From: Octopus vulgaris
Lineage: Eukaryota
Assembly: GCA_951406725.2 (NCBI GenBank)
Contig: OX597840.1
Coordinates: 20,708,001-20,772,000 of the forward strand
Reading direction: 5' to 3'
DNA length: 64,000 nucleotides
A program made the translations under genes and the position numbers. This document shows positions 54,261-64,000 of this stretch, one piece after another (within the stretch, counting starts at the first letter, position 1; every line of letters begins with the position of its first letter). Below the pieces are notes generated by a model. That model worked only from the letters and a program-made list of their open reading frames with translations, had not been told where the DNA came from and did not search any database.

Positions 54261-54672
54261 AGGCGCAGGAGTGGCTGTGTGGTAAGTAGCTTGCTAACCA
54301 ACCACATGGTTCCGGGTTCAGTCTCACTGCGTGGCATCTTGGGCAAGTGTCTTCTGCTATAGCCCCGGGCTGACCAATGCCTTGTGAGTGGATTTGGTAG
54401 ACGGAAACTGAAAGAAGCCTGTCGTATATATGTATATATATATGTATGTGTGTGTATATGTTTGTGTGTCTGTGTTTGTCCCCCTAGCATTGCTTGACAA
54501 CCGATGCTGGTGTGTTTACGTCCCCGTCACTTAGCGGTTCGGCAAAAAGAGACCGATAGAATAAGTACTGGGATTACAAAGAATAAGTCCCGGGGTCGAG
54601 TTGGTCGACTAAAGGCGGTGCTCCAGCATGGCCGCAGTCAAATGACTGAAACAAGTAAAAGAGTAAAGAGAG
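54261..54672 (+). mobile_element. SINE family 1, reference full-length copy
   Basis: tRNA-like head (tggctgtgtgg, ggttcagt), cttgggcaagt block, internal (TA)/(TG) tract, gagtaaa tail; more than 14 copies in the window. Confidence 0.92.
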
Positions 54673-55006
54673 TGTGGTGTTATTCGAGGAAATATTGGAT
54701 TTGTCTGCTATTTCTAGAAGATTCTGTGATTAGAGAGAGATTCTCTTCTGGTTGGCGCGAGAAGTCCAAAGTAACTTTAAACGCAGACGACATTTTGAAA
54801 TATTTACCGGAAGTCAGAGAACTCGATCTTTTGTTCTCCCGTTTGTTTTTGTTTTGTTTTTGGTTTGTTTTTTGTTTTGTTTTTTGTTTTTTCCATTTCA
54901 ATTTTATTTAATTTCATAAATTTTTGTTTTTTAGAAAATTTTCCAGCGTCTCATTTTTCTAGAATTTCCTTCCTTTTAGAATTCAGTTTCTGTTTATTTG
55001 TGTGCG

Positions 55007-55063
<57 letters not shown>

Positions 55064-55377
55064 TATGTGTGTTTATGCATGTATCTGTGTGTGAGTGTAT
55101 GTGTGAGCGTGTGTGTTCGTATCTGTACTCTTGTGTGTGTATGTGTCTGTTTCGTGTGTGTGCGTGTGTGTGTTTATGCATGTATCTGTGTGTGAGTGTA
55201 TGTGTGAGCATCGAAGTATGTATCTGTGTATCTGCAGTTTTGTGTGCGTGTGTGTGTGTGCGCATGTGTGTGCGTGTGTGCGCATGTGCGTATGTGTGCG
55301 TGTGTATATGTGTGCATGTGCGTGTATGCGTGTATGTGTGTGCATGTGTGTGTGTGTACGTCCACACTCGCGAGTGC

Positions 55378-55980
55378 TTGGTGCAAAAAAGAGGTATAAG
55401 GACTTACTGAAAGCTTCCTTAAGAGATGCTTGCATCTCTCCTGACACATGGGAGGGCATAGCTATTGATCGTAGCAGGTGGAGAAGGACTGTGCACGAGG
55501 GGACATCTACTTTTGAGAAATCTCGAGTTGCACATGAGAAAGTAAGGAGGGATGTGAGGAAGGGCATTGCTGTTGCACTTCCAGATGGGAAGGGTCTTCC
55601 TTTGATGTTGACATGCAGTGTCTGTGCAAGACCCTTCCTCAGTAAAGCTGGACTCAAGAGTTATCTTCGTAGTCATAAAGCGAGACAGATGAGTGACCAC
55701 CTGGCCACTGGTGGTGGTGTAACACACCATACTAATCGTATCTGTCGGGCATGTGGAAGAGAGTGTAATTCGGCAGGAGGACTTAAACGACATGCAAAGG
55801 TACATGAAGCCCAGTTACAACTACAGCCGGCTATTACCGGTAAAGGTTTTAGCTGCCAATTCTGTACAAGACATTGTAGAACTTTAACTGGGCTAAAAAG
55901 TCACATTGGATCACAGCACCAATAACAGTTAAGCTTCGCGCAATAGCCATACTCGATAACGAGGGGGCAGCCATAATAAT
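55378..55980 (+). mobile_element. RTE-clade LINE 3' end (ORF2 C-terminus with three C2H2-type fingers, stop at 55925) with (TATG)n tail
   Basis: KRYKDLLKASL..WEGIAIDRSRWRRTVHEG..FE motif; fingers CSVC, CRAC and CQFC. Confidence 0.88.
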
Positions 55981-56032
55981 GTATGTATGTATGTATGTAT
56001 GTATGTATGTATGTATGTATATATATGTATAT

Positions 56033-56330
56033 ATGAGTGACAACCTGGCCACTGGTGGTGGTGTAACACACCATACTAATCGTATCTGTCGGGCATGTGG
56101 AAGAGAGTGTAATTCGGCAGGACTTAAACGACATGCAAAGGTACATGAAGCCCAATTACAACTACAGCCGGCTATTACCAGTAAAGGCTTTAGTTGCCAA
56201 TTATGTACAAGACATTGTAGATCTTTGGCTGGGCTAAAAAGTCACATTCGATCACAGCACCAATAACAGTTAAGCTTCGTGCAATAGCCATACTCGATAA
56301 CGAGGGAGCAGCCATCATGTATGTATGTAT
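56033..56330 (+). mobile_element. Second, shorter copy of the same RTE 3' end in tandem
   Basis: Near-identical to 55689-55980, also ending in (TATG)n. Confidence 0.9.
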
Positions 56331-56810
56331 ATGTGAGTTTGATCGCTTCAATTACTCAGAGCATCTTTGGTGTTATCAGATAGACATACAACAGATCCAT
56401 GGTTCATTTCCTGAGTACGATTTGACTCATTTATTTTTCTATATTAGGTCGTAATAGAACATGCTTTTGTGTATGTGCATGTGTATATGAGAGTATGTGT
56501 GTATGTGAGAGAGAGAGACAGACAGACAGACAGTATATACGTCTATATATATCTATACATCTGTATGTGTGACTATCTGCCTGTCTTTGTAACTCTTTAT
56601 GTGGATGGCTGTCAGTCTATTTATATAAATATTATACTATTTTAGTGTATTATTCCTACATTCTCTTATTCTATTATTCCATTATAACACTGTAGATTCC
56701 GGCCAGTCCTGGCCATGACGTCACTACTTCACCTAATTTTTTTTTCTCTCCTCACCTATTTTTATTGCTCGTTTCTCTTCGTCTCCGGGTGTGCGTGTCT
56801 CTTGGTATAT

Positions 56811-56872
<62 letters not shown>

Positions 56873-57154
56873 GTGAGGTTTCTTGCGTTCGTCTGCCAAA
56901 AATCTCATCTGTTTTCCTTCCATGTTATTTTTAAAGGGTGCTCTTTCTGTCACCCGTCGTCATCGTCATCATCATCGTCGTCGTCGTCGTCATCACTTAT
57001 TGTCTTCGTTTATGACAATGAGTATCAATCTCATCATCAAGGTGGAGGAGGGGGTGGTGGTTGTTATTGCTGTTATCGTGATTAGTCACGATCACGACAT
57101 TGCAGGGTATATATATATGTATATATATATATATGTATTATGTGCGTGCGTGCG

Positions 57155-57195
<41 letters not shown>

Positions 57196-57264
57196 ACACA
57201 TATATATATATAGGTATATACATTCATGTCTATATACGTGTGTGTGTATGTATCTACATACATG

Positions 57265-57353
<89 letters not shown>

Positions 57354-57476
57354 GCATATATATATATATACACACATATATATATGTATATATATATATA
57401 TGCATATATATATGTATATATATATATATATGCATATATATATGTATATATATATGTATATATATACGTATATATA

Positions 57477-57525
<49 letters not shown>

Positions 57526-57938
57526 CAAGTGTATGTATACGTTCAATACTTGCTGTATAAACAATTGCGAAACAACGGTCCCCTTGTTCGTTCCCTGGTC
57601 AGCCCCCTACCACCACCACCGTTCACCTAACCACTCTCACCCCAACCACCACCTCACCACCTTGACTGTCTGTCGCAAGTCCCATCATAGTGACGTCTTG
57701 TTCTCCTGATACCGCCACCCATCAACCACCTCACACTCACACCTGACACTCTCACTGTCTCTTTAATTACTTTTCGATCTTGCTCTTGAGCGCCCTCTCT
57801 TGGCTATAGTTTGTACGTATGTTTATATGTATGTATGCATATATGGTTGTGTGTCTGTGTGTATGTGTGCGTGTGTGTGTGTGCGTGTGTGTGTGTGCGT
57901 GTGTGTGTGAGTACATATATATGTGTGAGTGTGAGTAC

Positions 57939-57971
<33 letters not shown>

Positions 57972-57974
<3 letters not shown>

Positions 57975-58136
57975 GTGCAGGCGTGGCTGTGTGGTAAGAA
58001 GCTTGCTTACCAACCACATGGTTCCGGGTTCAGTCCCACTGCGTGGCACCTTGGGCAAGTGTCTTCTACTATAGCCTCGGGCCGACCAAAGCCTTGTGAG
58101 TGGATTTGGTAGACGGAAACTGAAAGAAGCCTGTCG

Positions 58137-58167
<31 letters not shown>

Positions 58168-58377
58168 ATTTGTGTGTCTGCGTTTGTTCCCCGCACCATC
58201 GCTTGAGAACCGATGTTGATGAGTTTACGTCCCTGTAACCTAGCGGTTCGGCAAAAGATTCCGACAGAATAAGTACGAGGCTTGGAAAGAACAAGTCCTG
58301 GGGTCGATCTGTTCGACTAAAGGCGGTGCTCCAGCATGGCCGCAGTCAAATGACTGAAACGAATAAAAAGGCAAAAG

Positions 58378-58380
<3 letters not shown>
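57972..58380 (+). mobile_element. SINE family 1, full-length copy
   Basis: Matches family 1. Confidence 0.9.
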
Positions 58381-58410
<30 letters not shown>

Positions 58411-59062
58411 CTCTATGTAATGAACTTGTATATGTATACTTATGCTCTGTGAAAACGAACAGAACCTAGAGAGATAATATATAAAGGCATTCTCCATGTG
58501 TGTGTGTGTGCGTGTTTGTGTGTCTTTTGGCGTATAAAACCAATTCTTTTTTTCCTCCCTATTATGCGTATACAAAGAGAAAAAAAACCGGGTGTGAACA
58601 ATGGTTTGTATGAGAATGGGAAGGGTGGCGACGACATACCTCTATGAGCAGGTGATACGGGTGGGTCTGTCGGGTGGTGGCGCGTGACGGAAATTAGTGA
58701 CATCAGGGTGAAACGAAAGTAAACCCAGCTGTGGACTGCTTCTTTCAAGAATACAACTTCATAGGTATGATGGAATCGTATGCAGGTATGCAGGTATATT
58801 CATGTATACATAGAGAGAGAGAGAGAGTCAAAGAGAGGGACAGCTATATATATATATTTGTATGTGTATGTATGTGTATATATATATGTATATATATATA
58901 CACACATCTATTTATAGAGGTGTGAATGCATGTTTGGTTGTATGTCTCGATGGATGTATATGCATGGATGTGTGTGTGTGTATGTCTGTGCATGCATTAA
59001 TATGTGTATCTAAGTGTATGCGTATGTGTATGTTTATGTGTGTGTATGTGTGTGTGTGTGGT

Positions 59063-59283
59063 TCACCTCCCTTCTCTGCGTCACCGATGTTATCCAAGGG
59101 AAAGGGGCCGATACAGCTTGGCACCAGTGACAGGGCCACAACTCATTTCTGCAGATGAGTGAACTGGAGCAACGTGAAATAAAGTGTCTTGCTCAAGAAC
59201 ACAACACACAGCTCGGTCCGGAAATTGAACTCACTACCTCATGATTGTGAAACCGACGCTGTAGCCAATGAGCCATGCACCTC
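59063..59283 (-). mobile_element. SINE family 4 copy
   Basis: tRNA-like head; matches 8802-8990. Confidence 0.75.
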
Positions 59284-59490
59284 GCAAGACACACACACAC
59301 ACACGCACACTCATATAATAGACACAATACATGTTCTTATGTGTTACTAATAGTTTCTGTGCTGAGAACATGTCAAACAAAATTTTATAACACGCCTGAC
59401 ATCTCGGCACAGTCATCAGACTCAGCCCACATAGAAGAACGAAGAACATGGAGTACATTTTTTGTTGATCTTACCATTACGGAACAGTAC

Positions 59491-59543
<53 letters not shown>

Positions 59544-59585
59544 TCTGTGTATATTTCTCTGAAATATGTTTTGTAATGCGACAGA

Positions 59586-59663
59586 CTACGCTGAAGAGTT
59601 GCAGATATTTTCCTTTTGCATTATGCATTATGCAAGTGTTAACAACGGAATCATGATACGTAG
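59586..59663 (+). ncRNA. Type I hammerhead motif with one core change (GAAA to GGAA), probably inactive
   Basis: ctacg-CTGAAGA-GTTG..CAAC-GGA-ATCATGAT-A-cgtag; lies in an AT-rich segment between two (TA)n tracts. Confidence 0.75.
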
Positions 59664-59853
59664 GTTATTTCGTATATTTTCATTTGCCTTGCTCATTTTT
59701 ACATTCTGGCGTTTTTGGTGAGATTTTTCTTGAGAGCACACTCTTCGTGGTAAGGCAATCGTTAAGTTTATCTTTAGTATATTAGGAATCCACTTTAGTG
59801 GTCATTACTCTTATTAATTGTAATATATATATATATATATATACACCTATATA

Positions 59854-60389
59854 CAGGGTGTCCCCCAAAAATGTATACACAGACTGCAACAGTCTGTCAT
59901 GCCAAGCATTAGAGAGGACTTTGAACAGGAAGAGTTTTATTTCCAGCAAGATGGGGCACCTCCACACTACCATCGCGATGTTAGATCCTTTCTTGATGGG
60001 ATTTTGCCAAACAGGTGGATTGGACGGAGATGTTTTGTCGAATACCCTCCACGTTTACCAGACCCCACACCACTAGACTTCTTTTTATTGGGATACCTAA
60101 AGGACAAAGTCTACGCACAGAAACCTGCAACAGTCGTTCAATTGAGGGCAACCTTTGAACATGAATGTACGAATATCCCAAGGGAATTGTTCCATGATGT
60201 GTGCCATTCCATCGCTTCGCGTTGTCAGCAGTGTCTGGAGCAGAACGGACATCAGTTTGAGAACATGCGACAACAAGACAATAGAATGATATTTGTAAAT
60301 TCTTTTACATGTTGAAAATTATTCGAATTATAATAAACCCCAAATTTACAATTATTTAAGGTGTGTATACATTTTTTTGGGACACCCTG
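59854..60389 (+). mobile_element. 536-bp internally deleted DD41D (rosa/Visitor-type) Tc1/mariner element
   Basis: 28-bp TIRs cagggtgtccc..aaaaatgtatacaca (2 mismatches), TA TSD; FQQDGAPPH..RWIGR..PPRLPDPTPLDFFL with 41 aa between the Asp residues. Confidence 0.92.
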
Positions 60390-60426
<37 letters not shown>

Positions 60427-60625
60427 GTACGTATGTATGTATATGTATACGTATGTATGAAGATGTGATGTCGTCTGCGTTTATTCATTTCTTTAGCTTC
60501 GTGTTTGTTTAAATCGCTTCGATAAAATTGCTTGATCCGGGTCGAACTGGCGTTTGACGACCACAGCAACAACAACATCTACTTCTACTACTACTACTAC
60601 TAATGCTGCTGCTGCTGCTACTGCA

Positions 60626-60721
<96 letters not shown>

Positions 60722-60817
60722 CCAACAACAACAACAACAGGAGGCACCACTACCACCTTAACAATACTGTCGCCACCTTCACTCACCCCAAACCGCCGTA
60801 CCACTTCTTTGAACTCG

Positions 60818-60990
60818 TGTAAAGGGTCATAATTCATTGACGTTCCCTATAAAAATCTCAACTCTTCAACGACCCCTGAACAGGAGACGTGATGCTATTG
60901 TATTCAGTTTAATAAAGGGACCATAAATTGACCATATTAACGTCTACAGGGCGAACGGCCCCTGTTGTCCACCGCCACCTCTACCTCCAC
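60818..60990 (+). promoter_or_regulatory. Copy 1 of a duplicated non-coding block with TATA-like and posterior-Hox/Cdx-type motifs
   Basis: Roughly 85-90% identical by eye to 62266-62438; CCCTATAAAA, TAATAAA and CCATAAA are kept in both. Confidence 0.45.
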
Positions 60991-61779
60991 TCCTGGTACT
61001 AAATTCACACGCGTGCGCGCACAGCGAGTTCCATTTTAAGGATCGACAGTCAATAATCTTTTTTACTTCATCTATTTCTCTCTTCATCATTATCTCCATT
61101 TTTCTGTCCCGTGTTTCTCATATCGTTCAAGTATTTCTGGTTTCTACCATCTTTCTATTTCCGTCTTTCATAAAATACAGTTATATTTATATTTCTCCGA
61201 TGTCGTCTGCTTATTAATGGCGTCTGTTTTCTGCGTACTTCAATCGTTCTTTCATCATCTTTCTCTTTTGTTTTTTTTTTATTTGTTTCAATCGTTGGAA
61301 TGCGACCATGCTGGGGCACCGCCTTAAAGGGTTTTAGTCAAGCAAATCGACCACAGTATTTATCATCGTGTACTTATTCTTCTAGCAATCTCTTTTGATG
61401 AATCTCTATGTTACGGGGACGTGAACAAACCAAAACCGGTTGTCAAGCAGTATTGGGGAACAACAAACACACACACACACATACAAACTCACACATACAC
61501 ACATATATATACAGAGAGAGAGAGAGAGAGAAACTCACTTGGAAATGGATATGTGGTTACGAGGGTCGAAAAGGGGTCCATAGATTAAAAAAATGGTCGA
61601 GAAATTCAAACGCAAGGAACACCACCAATATCATGAAGCAATGATGGGGAATGTATGTGGATACTTGACAGGCTAGAAATGATAGCCAGATTACTTTCAA
61701 GTGATATTTTGTTGTCTTAAAGAGGAAGGACATATTGATAACGCAGTTCTAGATGCGTTGTCACTGAAAATAATTCGTT

Positions 61780-61978
61780 CCAATTTGGGATTGGCACAAG
61801 GCTAACAGTTTTGAGGGGAGGGGCAAGTGGGTTACATCGACTCCCAGTGCTTAATTGCTTACTTGTTTTATCGATCTCGAAAGGACGGAAAGGAAAGTCG
61901 GCTCTCGGCGAATATTGAACACAGAACGTAAAGCCGGACGAAACGCTGCCAAGCATTTTGTCCGACACACTGACGACT
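61780..61978 (-). mobile_element. SINE family 2, decayed copy
   Basis: Reverse-complement similarity. Confidence 0.65.
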
Positions 61979-62265
61979 CTTTCGCTTTGTCACTTTGCTG
62001 TGACTGAAAATAAAACGTGATTGTTGGAATTCTCTTCCTCCTCGTGACGGCCCCATCCTCATGACGGCTCTAACCTTGAGCTATTCGGTACGAGGTCCTA
62101 ACGCCAACAATAGCATCACCACCACCACCACTACTCCCTCCATTAACCGCAATAACAACAACACTAGTACACCATCACTACCAACACCAACACCTCCACC
62201 ACTACTGCAAACAACACTGTCACCACCATCACACCTAAAGCCACCACTGCCTCCCCTTAAACCAA

Positions 62266-62438
62266 TGTAAAGGCTCATAATTCATTAACGTGCCCTATAA
62301 AAATTTCAACTCTTCAACGACTCCTAAATGGGAGACGTGATGCTATTGTAATGTGTTTAATAAAGGGGCCATAAATTGACCATATTAACGTCTAAGGGAT
62401 AAATGGCCCCTGTTGTCCATCTCCACCTCCACCTCCGC
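62266..62438 (+). promoter_or_regulatory. Copy 2 of the duplicated non-coding block
   Basis: See 60818-60990. Confidence 0.45.
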
Positions 62439-62769
62439 TTCTATCACTCCCTGTATCCTTCTCGCCATGCTATCGCACACCAATAACCAAGATCGTCGAC
62501 CATCTTTTTTTTTTTTTTACTTCACCTGTTTTCCTTCTCAGTAATTATCTCCAACCTTGTCTCTTTCTCTCTGATGTCGTCTGCCTGTTTCTGAGTTTTA
62601 TCTTCTTTCTACTTTTTTCTTTCATTATATATATATTTTTTTTCATTTTCTTCAATTTTCTGCCAACATCTCTCTTGATGTCTTCCGTTTCTTTCTGATA
62701 TTTTGGGGTTGTTTTGTTGATGAGGTTCCTTTTATACTTGTTCTTATAGGTATATATTTTAATCTTTCA

Positions 62770-63178
62770 GTTAGTTAGTTAATTTCTTGGCTTAAAAAGC
62801 AAAAAGCAAGGCCATGTAGGGGGACATGGAGTTATGTACAGGGTGGTGTTCATGTAAAGAGTTCAGGCCATTTGTGGTCAAGGGAGTCTTTGAACCGAGC
62901 GGTCGTCGGCATCTTCACTATCTCATCCGGCAGCTTATTCCACGGATCCGCAACCCGGACGGAGAAAGCCCCTCTCCTTCGATTGAGATGAAATCGTCGC
63001 AGATAGAGCTTTTCGGAGTGACCCCGCTGCCGACGCTCTGGAGCAGGAGTGAAGAACAGCTCTTTCGAGAGGTTACACTTTCCGCTTATGATGTTGTGAG
63101 CAAGAATGAGATCACCACGGCGTCGTCGTTTTTCTAGAGAATAAAGGTCGAGCGTCTTCAGCCTTTCTTCAATTTGCA
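62770..63178 (-). mobile_element. CR1-like LINE 3' end (ORF2 C-terminus, (TAAC)n tail)
   Basis: EERLKTLDLYSLEKRRRRGDLI..RGHSEKL..FSVRVADPWNKLP is a typical CR1 ORF2 terminus. Confidence 0.92.
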
Positions 63179-63624
63179 TTACTTTTCCATTGTGATGCAA
63201 ATAAAATGAACCAAGCATCTTCTTTAATTTTTCGTCTCCATTTTCTGTTATTGACTTATTAATTTATGAGACTCTTTATACTTATATATATTGAAGAACT
63301 TTCTATCAATATATTTAGTTAAACACAGTTGGCATCTAGATTCAGAAGTATTAAATTTCTAAATGTCTCAAAGAGACATGAGCGGTGGTGGAGCGATAGA
63401 GTGGTTATATACTGTCAACTTAACGTGACAGTCCCGTATGGGAATTACACCACCGCTGTTTAGCCCTAGGAAGCATCGAACGCTTCCTGTCGGCTTTGAC
63501 ACATTTTCTGTGTCCTTATATTTGTGAAGGGGAGGCAAGCACCCCTACAAGCCAAGATTCAGTTAGCATCTGGATTGTTTTTTAACAATCTCTTACGGAG
63601 ATATTGCTTCCTCAAATTTGTATA

Positions 63625-63810
63625 TACATTTTTTTTCTCTCCTTGTTTCTCTCCTTGTTTCTTTTTGTGTTCCTTTCTGTAGAGGAGCGTAGGCTCGAAA
63701 CGTAAAAGACTTTTTCTATTCCTGAGCGTTATACTAACACATCTGTTTGTTTTGTACACCACCTGTCTTCGTCTGCTGTTGTTTTTTTCTTTATTTTTCG
63801 TAAACTCTCC
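63625..63810 (+). mobile_element. ~180-bp hammerhead-bearing element, subfamily b
   Basis: Matches 26277-26462; followed directly by a SINE. Confidence 0.85.
63673..63708 (+). ncRNA. Minimal type I hammerhead variant (core CUGUAGA plus G)
   Basis: cttt-CTGTAGA-G-GAGC-gtag-GCTC-GAA-ACGT-A-aaag. Confidence 0.6.
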
Positions 63811-63939
63811 TTGGCTGTGTGGTTCCGGGTTCAGTCCCACTGCGTGGCATCTTGGGCAAGTGTCTTCTGCTATAGCCCCGGGCCGACCAATGCCTTGTGA
63901 GTGGATTTGGTAGACGGAAACTGAAAGAAGCCTGTCGTA

Positions 63940-63940
<1 letters not shown>
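63811..63940 (+). mobile_element. SINE family 1 5' half
   Basis: Matches 54273-54430 with a deletion. Confidence 0.85.

Positions 63941-64000
<60 letters not shown>

Noticed and set aside
55600-55925. Host C2H2 zinc-finger gene
   Set aside because: In frame with RTE ORF2 motifs and followed by a LINE-type tail

Overview
Animal genomic DNA with no prokaryotic features and no confidently identifiable host protein-coding gene. It reads as a gene desert or giant intron. The extreme microsatellite load ((TA)n, (CA)n, (TATG)n, (GATA)n, trinucleotide runs) and the SINE families point to a coleoid cephalopod, probably an octopus (inference). Nearly all ORF-track entries are microsatellite artefacts. 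The real coding remnants all come from transposons: a young 5'-truncated Tx1/L1-type LINE inside a (TATC)n tract, CR1, RTE (three C2H2 fingers) and R4/Dong-like LINE fragments, a Tc1-like transposase with D36E spacing, a DD41D deletion derivative and a pogo/Tigger-like element. There are also more than 25 copies or fragments of four tRNA-derived SINE families. The main hidden signal is at least seven type I hammerhead ribozyme motifs: one fully canonical, one with a single core change, and five of a minimal variant-core family. They sit in short non-coding elements whose 3' ends mostly abut (TA)n tracts, as expected for Penelope-like element termini. The window also has several fold-back palindromes and three locally duplicated non-coding blocks that look cis-regulatory. 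All calls were made by eye and element boundaries are approximate.
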